Assembly: GCA_019421015.1 (NCBI GenBank)
Contig: JAHZGC010000002.1
Coordinates: forward strand, 156,436-220,435
From: Coriobacteriaceae bacterium
Lineage (GTDB): Bacteria; Actinomycetota; Coriobacteriia; Coriobacteriales; UMGS124
DNA length: 64,000 bases
Direction: 5' to 3'
The position numbers were made by a program, and so were the translations under genes. Under the pieces are notes generated by a model. That model was not told the DNA's origin and did not search any database. It worked only from the letters and a program-made list of their open reading frames with translations. This document shows positions 47,461 through 55,025 of the stretch, in pieces; position 1 is the stretch's first letter; each line of letters begins with the position of its first letter.

Positions 47461-48522
47461 ATGCGGTGCAGCGAGGCGATGGCGGCTGCCACAGGGGTCA
47501 TCGCGGGCCTGGGCAATAACCACGGGCAGCGCGTTTGCCGAAGAGCCTACGCGGCCGTGGACAGCGAGGGGACCACGCGCCGGATCCGCACCGTCTGCCG
47601 CGGCTGCGGCAAGATGGAGTGCGGCGTGTGGGTCACGGTGGAGAACGGCCGCGCGGTCAAGATCGAGGGCGACGAGAGCGCCCCGCACACCATGGGCAGC
47701 TGCTGCAACAAGAGCGTCAGCTCTCTGCAGGCCTGCTACCACCCCGACCGCCTGCGCTACCCCATGAAGCGCACCAACCCCAAGGGAGAGGACCCCGGCC
47801 AGGTGCGCATCAGCTGGGACGAGGCGCTCGACCACGCCCAGACGTTCACCAGCATGGACCCGCGCACCACCAACCTGGGCAAGGAGAGCGACATCCACCT
47901 GGCCGTGAAGGGCGACACCGACGCGACCCTGGCCATGTGCGACGTCGTGATCAAGAACGGCCCGTGAAGCGCTGGGCCCACGTGTGCTTCCTGGCGGTCG
48001 ACGACAAGGAGCCCAGCGGCCCCGAGATCCCCTACATCTGGCACGGCCCCAACATGGTGAAGACCACGCTGCTGACCCAGGTCGACCTGCAGGAGGACGG
48101 CAGCCCCTACAAGTACATGGTGTGGGACACCCCCGGTGGCCAGCGCGGCGCCAGCGTGCCCTGCGTGGAGGCTGGCCGAAGCCTGGTATGACCCCACCAT
48201 CGCCGAGGAGCCCTACCGCCGCTACCAGACGGGCTTCCTCAAGAAGAACGTCGACGCAAGCCCCACCGCCTCCAACGTCATCATCGGCTTCAACACCCCC
48301 ACCCAGAAGCAGGAGATCTGGTGCACGATCATGGAATCGTACCACGGCGCCCGGCAGCTCGAAAAGGTGCAGCGCGCCTTTATGGCCGACCACCTGGTAA
48401 AGTGGACGCCCGCCATGACGCGCGGCATGTGTGTGTTCGCCCGCATGGGGCTCTATCTGGCGCTGGCCAACCTCACGGAGGGGTTCCTGCGGGAGGATGC
48501 GAAGTTCCTGGGCGCGAGATAG
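47461..48522 (+). pseudogene. Eroded bis-MGD molybdopterin oxidoreductase (DMSO reductase family), three frame segments with large internal deletions
   Basis: The N-terminal 4Fe-4S Mo/W domain is RTVCRGCGKMECGVWVTVENGRAVKIEGDESAPHTMGSCCNKS..YHPDRLRYPMKR..ISWDEALD. Next comes ..DIHLAVKGDTDATLAM.. and a stop. The sequence continues in two other frames (..IPYIWHGPNMVKT.. and ..NVIIGFNTPTQKQEIWCTIMES..). Only about 1.06 kb remains, and the Tat RR motif is missing. Confidence 0.65.
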
Positions 48523-48545
48523 GGCGGCGGTCGGCCACGAGATAT

Positions 48546-48600
48546 TCGCTTGAGCATGGCGTCTCCCTAGGCTGCACGATGCGCAGAACTTCTTGGATTT
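48546..48600 (-). pseudogene. 5' relic (leader, RBS and first four codons MLKR) of a DUF4143 ATPase paralog
   Basis: On the minus strand it reads ccaagaagttctgcgcatcgtgcagcctagggagacgccATGCTCAAGCGA. This matches the leader and start of the 53217..54578 gene (..gaagttctgcgcatcgtgcaacccagggaggcaccATGCTCAAGCGC). Homology ends at about 48546. Confidence 0.55.
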
Positions 48601-48610
48601 GCCGAGGCAG

Positions 48611-49798
48611 CTAATCGTTTTCCACACCGAGCTCGTCTCGAACAATCTCGCGGATTTCTTGGACGATTGCCTGGGATTGACGCGCCCCCAGTCCACCCGT
48701 CTTTCCGACGGCCACCAGGTCGTCAAGGTCGATGTCCTTGCCCTTGCCGTTGACGGTGGTTGCGCGCTCTCCGTAGGTACCGGCGCTCTCCGTAAGGTCA
48801 TAGGCGGGCGAGAGGTGCCACGATCCATCGTCTTCGTCGTAAAGGTATGAGAAATTCTTTGCATGGTCATCGCGGTTGCCGGCGAACACGTTGAAGCACA
48901 TGAGACGAAAGAGCGCCTCTGTATCGCACGAGCTATGGGTGAGCATGAGCGTGAGCCGCATGAGGATGTCGTAATCGAGGTTCGGGATGCGGTGCGACGT
49001 CTCGAGGAGGCCTCCGGCAGATACCATATGTGTTTTGGTTTCCCCTCCGTCGGCTTGGAGCGGGCGGTCGAATCGCCGTACGCCAAAGTACCCTCCGCAG
49101 ATCTTTGAGGGGAACAGCCTTGTCTCGGGCAGGATAAGACCGCATGTGCGGGCTGCCTTGGCATAGGAGAACTCCTGCTCGCCTATGTTTATCGGGTCGT
49201 ACGACGAAGGGAACTTTACGATCCAGCTGGCCCCGTCGAGAAAAACCAAGGCCTTTGGCCGGGCACCTCCCGACGATCCTCCCAGCGCAAAGAGCGTGTC
49301 CAGCTCGGCGTCGGTCGTGGGCTCGCTCTGCAGCACCTTAGTGCACTCTGCAGCCAGGGCATCGAAGTCGAGGGGGAGCTCCTCGTGGGGAAGGCTGAAT
49401 CGGGGGGCATATTCGAGGGCACCCATGCCGCTCGCTCCCACTATTGCCAGCCGCACGAGGGAACTGACATTACGGGGCTCGATGCCGTTGGCCCGCAGCA
49501 TGCGGTCAACCAGCAGCCTGCCCCATCCGTCAGGAAGGCTGTCATCGAACACGCCGAAGACACCACTGAGCGGCTCGGGTTTGGCGACAGACACCCCTGG
49601 CGTCAGAGGCAGGCTCAGGGGGCTGATAGAAAACCCCTTGGCGAGCCACTCGTTATCGTACTCAAAGGCGAGAGGCCCCTCGGAGGTTGCGGCGAGCTTA
49701 CCCACGGGGCGTCCCTTGTAGGAGACGTCCACGGCGGCAAGACCCAGGTCGAGATCGACGTCCGGTTGAGAGACCTTATCTGCGCGTCCCCTTGGCAT
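48611..49798 (-). CDS. hipA: Type II toxin HipA-family serine/threonine kinase
   Basis: The N-terminal coupling domain is VSYKGRPVGKLA..FEYDNEWL..PLSLPL, the P-loop is GGSSGGARPKALV, the catalytic motif is GNRDDHAKNFS, and SPAYDLT follows. Confidence 0.9.
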   Translation of the reverse strand: MPRGRADKVSQPDVDLDLGLAAVDVSYKGRPVGKLAATSEGPLAFEYDNEWLAKGFSISPLSLPLTPGVSVAKPEPLSGVFGVFDDSLPDGWGRLLVDRMLRANGIEPRNVSSLVRLAIVGASGMGALEYAPRFSLPHEELPLDFDALAAECTKVLQSEPTTDAELDTLFALGGSSGGARPKALVFLDGASWIVKFPSSYDPINIGEQEFSYAKAARTCGLILPETRLFPSKICGGYFGVRRFDRPLQADGGETKTHMVSAGGLLETSHRIPNLDYDILMRLTLMLTHSSCDTEALFRLMCFNVFAGNRDDHAKNFSYLYDEDDGSWHLSPAYDLTESAGTYGERATTVNGKGKDIDLDDLVAVGKTGGLGARQSQAIVQEIREIVRDELGVEND

Positions 49799-50081
49799 CG
49801 GCGATCACCTCCTCGATCGAGGCATACCCCCGCTTGGAGAATAGCCCGTCGAAGTCATCCTCGCAGCCCAAGGCAAAGGCCAGCTTAACAAGCGATTCCA
49901 ACGAGATCTGGTGCTCGCGCTCGAATCGCTTGAGGGATCCCAGGCTCACGCCGGATTTGAGGCTGAGCTCCTGCTGAGAGAGGCGCTGCTCCTTGCGGCG
50001 TTGTCTCATGCGCTGGGCCACACCGGCCAGAACGTCCGGCGGAGTGTGCTGGTTCAGGAGGATGTCGATGGGCGAGGGCAT
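49776..50081 (-). CDS. hipB: XRE-family HTH antitoxin (HipB-like)
   Basis: This 101-aa protein has the HTH_3 core RKEQRLSQQELSLKSGVSLGSLKRFERE. It overlaps the hipA start by 23 nt, and GGAG lies upstream. Confidence 0.85.
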   Translation of the reverse strand: MPSPIDILLNQHTPPDVLAGVAQRMRQRRKEQRLSQQELSLKSGVSLGSLKRFEREHQISLESLVKLAFALGCEDDFDGLFSKRGYASIEEVIADAKGTRR

Positions 50082-50115
50082 GGGTGGGCTCCAGAAGACA
50101 TAAGAGCGAGAGTGG

Positions 50116-50171
50116 TGACTAATATATTAGCTAGTATCTGCTTATATGGCAATAAATGACTAATATATTAG
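50116..50171. promoter_or_regulatory. Two copies of TGACTAATATATTAG (palindromic core CTAATATATTAG), 41 bp apart; putative HipB operators
   Basis: The copies lie at 50116-50130 and 50157-50171, which is 35-90 bp upstream of the hipB start at 50081. The surrounding DNA is AT-rich. Confidence 0.5.
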
Positions 50172-50274
50172 ATTAGGAACGTATTGGGCAGATTGTAGGA
50201 CGGGGTAGCTCAAGCGTGGGCCACCCCCTACGTTGGATGGCACGGGGCGTGTGCGGCCCTGCAAGCAGCCGCAT

Positions 50275-50371
50275 GCCAAAACCAGGCCGCTGTGTACGCT
50301 CGGAGCTGTCAAAACCGGGGCGCTGTGCACGATTTGGAGGAGAACATCGCGCACAGCGGGGTGGTTTTGGC
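50275..50371. repeat. Family A composite element, third full copy (two direct units and one inverted unit)
   Basis: The parts are gccaaaaccaggccgctgtgtacgc (50275-50299), tcggagct, gtcaaaaccggggcgctgtgcacga (50308-50332), tttggaggagaaca, and tcgcgcacagcggggtggttttggc (50347-50371). It is collinear with 38021-38117. Confidence 0.85.
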
Positions 50372-50511
50372 AGCTCCGGCAGGCTCTCTTTGACTTGATT
50401 CTTCGCTTAGCTTGCAGGCTAATATCGAGATGGCGTTGCAAGGCATCTTGGGCTTCGGGCCCGCAGGTAGCAGCGCAGCCTTTGCCGTTAGACTTGAATA
50501 ATTGCCCCTTG

Positions 50512-50532
50512 CGTGTCAACCAGGTTGACACG
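50512..50532. promoter_or_regulatory. Perfect 21-bp palindrome CGTGTCAACC-A-GGTTGACACG upstream of a flavoprotein gene
   Basis: The 10-bp arms are perfect and the right arm contains TTGACA. It lies 56-76 bp upstream of ATG 50588. A MerR-like regulator gene lies downstream in the same orientation. Confidence 0.35.
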
Positions 50533-50587
50533 GTAGCGTCTTCCTTGCGTTGTTGCTAGCCAACAAACTACCAAGGAGGACAAGACT

Positions 50588-52123
50588 ATGAACGGCCAGC
50601 TGAGCAGAAAGCAGTTCTTGAGCCATGCGCTTGCGGTCACGGGGGCGGCCGCACTGAGCTCCGTGGCCACCGCGGCTTGGGCCGACGAGGCGGAAGGGGC
50701 CTACGACCTCGAGTACGACGTGGTCGTGATCGGCAGCGGGTTTGCAGGGTGCTCCGCCGCGATTGAAGCGGCAAAAGCCGGCGGTACAGTGCTGATGCTG
50801 GAGAAAGCCCCTGAAGCGGCGGCCGGTGGAAACTCGCGCGTTTGCGGCCAGCAGATCCTGGATCCCAGCGATGCTGAGAGGGCCATCGGATATCTCGGAC
50901 GCATTGCCGAGGGCTTCCAGTACGACGAGGCCCTTGTGCGCACCACCGTTCTCGAAATGTGCCAGAACGGCACGTGGCTATTGGAGAACATCGACCCCGC
51001 CATGGACCTCCAGCCGCTCCAGTATCCAGAGTTCCCGCAGGTCGAAGGGTCCGACACCATGCGCTGCTGGCTTATCGACGGCGAGCGTTCGGTTGGCAAG
51101 CTCCTGGGTCTGCTCATGCCCAAGGTCAACGAGAACCCCGCCATCGATGTCATGTATGAAGCCGCTGCCAAGGAGTTGGTCCAGGACCCCGATACCAGGG
51201 AGATCCTTGGCGTGGTGTTTGAAAGCGACGGGGTCAACGCCAAGCCGCGCCCGACGAACGCCGTCGTCATGGCTTTAGGCGGCTATGAGGGCAACCTCCA
51301 AATGCTGCAGGACTACTGCCATTTGAAGTACGCCTATCCCAAGGGCAGCACCTACAACACCGGTGACGGCGTGGTCATGGCCATGAAGGCGGGCGCCGAT
51401 CTGTGGCATATGAGCAACCCTTCGGGTCCCGACCTTAATTTCTACGACCCCGAAAGCAAGGCGTACTTTGGCTACACCCTGGCATCGTCGCTGGGCAACC
51501 GCACGGCCATATACGTTGGCCCCGACGGAACAAGGTTCATCGACGAGGCAACCATGACCAAGCATGGCAAGATGCACACCCACGGCACGTATCAGACGGC
51601 CGTGTCGGCATTGCCCGCCTATGCCGTGTTTGACGAAGCGGCCCTATCCGCCGGCCCCATATGCTCGACGTTTTGGAGCGAAGACAACAGCGAAGAGGTC
51701 GAAAAGGGCTGGATCAAGAGGGCCGACACGCTGCAGGAACTTGCCAAGATGATTGGGGTTCCGGAAGACGGCCTTGTAAAAACCGTTCAGCGCTTCGCCT
51801 TCTATTGCGAGCAGGGCGAGGACTTCGAGTTTGGTCGGCCAGCAGAGACCCTGGCGCCCCTTAGCGAAGAGGGGCCGTACTACGCCATGGAGCTGACCCC
51901 CACGCTGACCAACACCCAGGGTGGCGCGCGGCGCAACGCGAACTGCGAAGTGGTTGATTACCAGAACGCGCCGATCCCCCATCTGTACAGTGCCGGAGAG
52001 TTCGGCAGCATGTACGCCCACGGGTACAACGGCGGCGGTAACGTGGGAGAAGCCCTTGCCACCGGTCGCATTGCCGGGCGTAACGCCGCCAAGGCGGATA
52101 AGGGCACCGTCGCGGCGGTCTAG
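50588..52123 (+). CDS. Tat-exported FAD-dependent oxidoreductase (FAD_binding_2)
   Basis: The signal MNGQLSRKQFLSHALAVTGAAALSSVATAAWA is an RK variant of the Tat motif. The FAD fold is DVVVIGSGFAG, the C-terminal region is HLYSAGEFG, and AAGGAGGA is the RBS. Confidence 0.88.
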   Translation: MNGQLSRKQFLSHALAVTGAAALSSVATAAWADEAEGAYDLEYDVVVIGSGFAGCSAAIEAAKAGGTVLMLEKAPEAAAGGNSRVCGQQILDPSDAERAIGYLGRIAEGFQYDEALVRTTVLEMCQNGTWLLENIDPAMDLQPLQYPEFPQVEGSDTMRCWLIDGERSVGKLLGLLMPKVNENPAIDVMYEAAAKELVQDPDTREILGVVFESDGVNAKPRPTNAVVMALGGYEGNLQMLQDYCHLKYAYPKGSTYNTGDGVVMAMKAGADLWHMSNPSGPDLNFYDPESKAYFGYTLASSLGNRTAIYVGPDGTRFIDEATMTKHGKMHTHGTYQTAVSALPAYAVFDEAALSAGPICSTFWSEDNSEEVEKGWIKRADTLQELAKMIGVPEDGLVKTVQRFAFYCEQGEDFEFGRPAETLAPLSEEGPYYAMELTPTLTNTQGGARRNANCEVVDYQNAPIPHLYSAGEFGSMYAHGYNGGGNVGEALATGRIAGRNAAKADKGTVAAV

Positions 52124-52154
52124 ACCGTCTGGGCCAATCGGGCTTATGCTGTTG

Positions 52155-52180
52155 CGGGAGGTCTTAGGACCTCCCGTTCG
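52155..52180 (+). terminator. Hairpin between the flavoprotein and MerR-like genes
   Basis: A 9-bp stem CGGGAGGTC / GACCTCCCG has loop TTAG and is followed by TTCG. The U-tract is weak. Confidence 0.35.
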
Positions 52181-52198
52181 TGGTAAAGGAGATCGATC

Positions 52199-53056
52199 GT
52201 GACGCTTTCAAAGCAGTATCGCGACAACATGGATGGCGGTCCGGTCTCGACCAAAGAGATCAAGCAGGTGGCCGAACTCCTGGGCATGTCGGACGAGGGC
52301 GTCAGGATCTATGCAAGACGTGGTTTCGTTCATCCGGACGTACACGAGGGATCGCGCGTTCGCTCGTTTGACATGATGGACTTCACGATGCTTCTCTATA
52401 GCCGGGTATATCGCAAAAGCGACTTTTCCCTTAAGGAGACCGAGCGGATTGTGGAAGCCGGTGATGTCGAGACGATACAGAGGATGTATGGGGTAAAGAT
52501 CTGCGAGCTGGAAGAGGAGCTCGTCCAAAAACGCATCGTATTGGAATGCCTGCGCGACGCTTCGAAAGCCATGGAGTCGATACCCCTGCTCTCCAACCGA
52601 TGCGAGATAGCCCCGTTCCCTGGGCTTTACCGCATCGAGTTCATGTTTTCGCCCAGCGTCTGGTGCGACGACCCCGAGCAGCGGGAGCTCATCTCCACCT
52701 GGGCGGGCTATGCTCCCTGTACGATGATCTCGACTCGGTATTCCATTCGGGATCTACTCGATGGCAGGCAACCCACAACCGCCCTGGCGGGAATGGGGAT
52801 GTACGCCAAACACGCCTCCCATTTCTCGGTTCAAGCAGGCGGCCAGGTGTCCTTTGTTCCCCCATGTGATCGAGCCGTGCATACTGTTTTCTCCGCTGAC
52901 AACAAGCAACTTATTCCAGACATGGGTCCCGTTATTACCTATTTGGCCGAGAACAGCCTGGAGCCTGCAAGCGACGCGATTACACTGGGCATCGTAAACA
53001 CGGGGTTTGGAACAACATTTACGCGGTACTTTCACCTGTGGATACCGTTGGTGTAG
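52199..53056 (+). CDS. MerR-like transcriptional regulator with C-terminal effector-binding-type domain
   Basis: The sequence STKEIKQVAELLGMSDEGVRIYARRGFVHP....RSFDMMDFTMLLYSRVYRKSDFSLKETERIV fits the MerR HTH plus coiled-coil pattern. The start is uncertain (GTG 52199 or ATG 52229). Confidence 0.6.
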   Translation: MTLSKQYRDNMDGGPVSTKEIKQVAELLGMSDEGVRIYARRGFVHPDVHEGSRVRSFDMMDFTMLLYSRVYRKSDFSLKETERIVEAGDVETIQRMYGVKICELEEELVQKRIVLECLRDASKAMESIPLLSNRCEIAPFPGLYRIEFMFSPSVWCDDPEQRELISTWAGYAPCTMISTRYSIRDLLDGRQPTTALAGMGMYAKHASHFSVQAGGQVSFVPPCDRAVHTVFSADNKQLIPDMGPVITYLAENSLEPASDAITLGIVNTGFGTTFTRYFHLWIPLV

Positions 53057-53216
53057 GCTGGCATCGTATCCTTACGCCCATATAGGATAGTACCCCAACC
53101 ACCCTCCATACCCAGGGCGGCAACCATATGGCCAGCGAAACCGAATCCGCCGGGGACCCAGAGGCGATGGTACGTCCGAGTTTTGCCCCTGGGTAATAAT
53201 CGCAGCGGCAACCGGG

Positions 53217-54578
53217 CTACAGGCAGAACCCCATGTACAGCGGCAGGTACAGCCGGTCTCCCTTGTCGCGCAGCTGCTTGGGGTGCAGCACGTACTGGGT
53301 GCCGACGCGCTTGCCAAAGCGCTCTTTGAAGCGGTCGAGCGAGGTGGTTCCGTATTGGCGGGGAGACTTGACCTCGATGGGGCTCACGCGCGGCTTCATG
53401 GCGGCGTCGGCATAGGGGGGTACGATAAGAAAGTCTATCTCCATGCGCTTCTCGCCCGCCTCTTTGCCCGACTGGGAGTAGAAGAAGAGACGGTGGCCGT
53501 TCGCCTTGAGCATCTGGGCGACGACGTTTTCGGTGAGCATCCCCTCGTTGAGGCCTATCTCCCCCCGCAAAACCGACCGGTACACGTCCTCGCCGGTCAG
53601 GGCGTTGTCGGCTAGGGCAAACGTCACGAGCAGGCCTGTGTCGGCCATGTAGCATTTGAGCGTCGATTGATCCATGCTGAGCGACAGGCCCACGCTGGGG
53701 TCGGCCGCGGCAAAGCACAGGTTCGCGATACGCGCGTCGGCAAGCCAGAAGAACGCTTCCTCGTACGACCGCATGCGGGCGCTCTTGTCGATGGAGGCCA
53801 GAGTGAATTTCTTCTCGTGCTTGGAAAGCTGGCCGGGGATGCCGTCGAGCACCGAGACGACCTTGAACTCGTAGCCGCGGGCAAAGCGGGCCACGTCGTT
53901 GCGATAGAGGTTGAGGATGCGCCGTTTGATCTCGTCGATAGGCGCGAATGCACGCTGCTCGACGTAGGTGGCCACCGCTTCGGGCATGCCGCCCACCAGC
54001 ATGTATTCGCGCAAGAGTCCCATGGCACGTGCGTGCAATCCGTCGGGAAGCGGTTTTTTTGCCGCACGTTGCAGGCGGATGAGGTCTGCGAGTTGTTTTT
54101 GCCCCATGCCCCAAAGAAACTCCTCGAAGTCCAACGGGTCGAGGCTCAGGGGGTCTTCTTCTGAGGGGATGACGATGTCTTGGACGTTCTGCTTGATCGA
54201 GAGCAGCGAGCCCGTCTCTATGTAGTCGTAACGGCCGTCGGCCACGAGGTATTTGATGAGACCGCGGGCAAGGGGAAACACCTGCACCTCGTCGAAGATC
54301 ACGAGCGTGTCGCGCCGATGCAGCTCGACTCCGTAGTAGGTAGACAGGTATAGGAAAAGGGTGTCAAAGTCCGTGCGGTAGTCTTCGAAGTAGCCCCGCA
54401 CCTCGTCGGGGGCCTCGAAGAAGTCAATGCAGAGGCACGAGGCGTACTCGTTGCGCCCGAACTCGCGGGCCAGCGTACTCTTGCCAACGCGGCGAGCCCC
54501 CTCGATGAGCAGCGCCGACCGCCCCTGGCTGGACTTTTTCCAGGCAAGCAGCTTGTCGTAGGCTTTGCGCTTGAGCAT
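53217..54578 (-). CDS. AAA-type ATPase with DUF4143 domain (AAA_14/DUF4143 family)
   Basis: Walker A is GARRVGKST and Walker B is LVIFDEVQ. The N-terminus MLKRKAYDKLLAWK is typical, and the tail is DUF4143-like. Confidence 0.85.
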   Translation of the reverse strand: MLKRKAYDKLLAWKKSSQGRSALLIEGARRVGKSTLAREFGRNEYASCLCIDFFEAPDEVRGYFEDYRTDFDTLFLYLSTYYGVELHRRDTLVIFDEVQVFPLARGLIKYLVADGRYDYIETGSLLSIKQNVQDIVIPSEEDPLSLDPLDFEEFLWGMGQKQLADLIRLQRAAKKPLPDGLHARAMGLLREYMLVGGMPEAVATYVEQRAFAPIDEIKRRILNLYRNDVARFARGYEFKVVSVLDGIPGQLSKHEKKFTLASIDKSARMRSYEEAFFWLADARIANLCFAAADPSVGLSLSMDQSTLKCYMADTGLLVTFALADNALTGEDVYRSVLRGEIGLNEGMLTENVVAQMLKANGHRLFFYSQSGKEAGEKRMEIDFLIVPPYADAAMKPRVSPIEVKSPRQYGTTSLDRFKERFGKRVGTQYVLHPKQLRDKGDRLYLPLYMGFCL

Positions 54579-54593
54579 GGTGCCTCCCTGGGT

Positions 54594-54646
54594 TGCACGA
54601 TGCGCAGAACTTCAGTGGTCCCAGTATGCACGATGCGCAGAACTTC
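54594..54646. repeat. 20-mer TGCACGATGCGCAGAACTTC, two direct copies 33 bp apart in the ATPase leader (third copy at 48573-48592)
   Basis: The copies are at 54594-54613 and 54627-54646, and are identical. They lie immediately upstream of the RBS of the DUF4143 ATPase gene. Confidence 0.8.
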
Positions 54647-54926
54647 TTGGATTCGATGGGCGACGGGTTGGGTTCCAGCCACCGAGGCACCGGCTGGCGG
54701 GGTCTGCGAATTCGCTTGCGAGCCAAAACCAAGATAGCGCCGCGGAATCAGGGTTCTGGATAGGCACCGGTTGCCCTTGGACGCGGCTTTGAAGGGTGGG
54801 CCTTCCGCCCCGCGGTGGACCGTTCAGTAAAACCGCAGTTCAGGATGGTCGTCTGCTGCGGGGCTTCTCCGCTTGGCAGGATGCCCGGGAACATCGGGGC
54901 CTCTCGCCTGCTTCTCCCCCTATCCC

Positions 54927-54954
54927 GAACCCCCTTTCTGCGGAAGTATCTCGG
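54927..54954. repeat. 28-mer GAACCCCCTTTCTGCGGAAGTATCTCGG (copy of 31594-31621)
   Basis: It has 25 of 28 identity with the 31594 copy. It is related to gaacccccgttttgcgactc (10602) and gaacccccattttgcgggtgc (12611). Confidence 0.75.
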
Positions 54955-55025
54955 GTTTCGGCCTGCAGGGGCGATCGGGGTCGCAACCGGTCGTGCGATT
55001 GCGAGGTGCCTCCGGAGCCTGGGGG

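Noticed and set aside
46933-49164. A 743-aa ORF on the minus strand.
   Set aside because: Only the C-terminal 161 aa (46933-47418) look like a protein (one TM plus a LuxR HTH). The upstream part is antisense to the molybdoenzyme relic and to hipA-flanking DNA.
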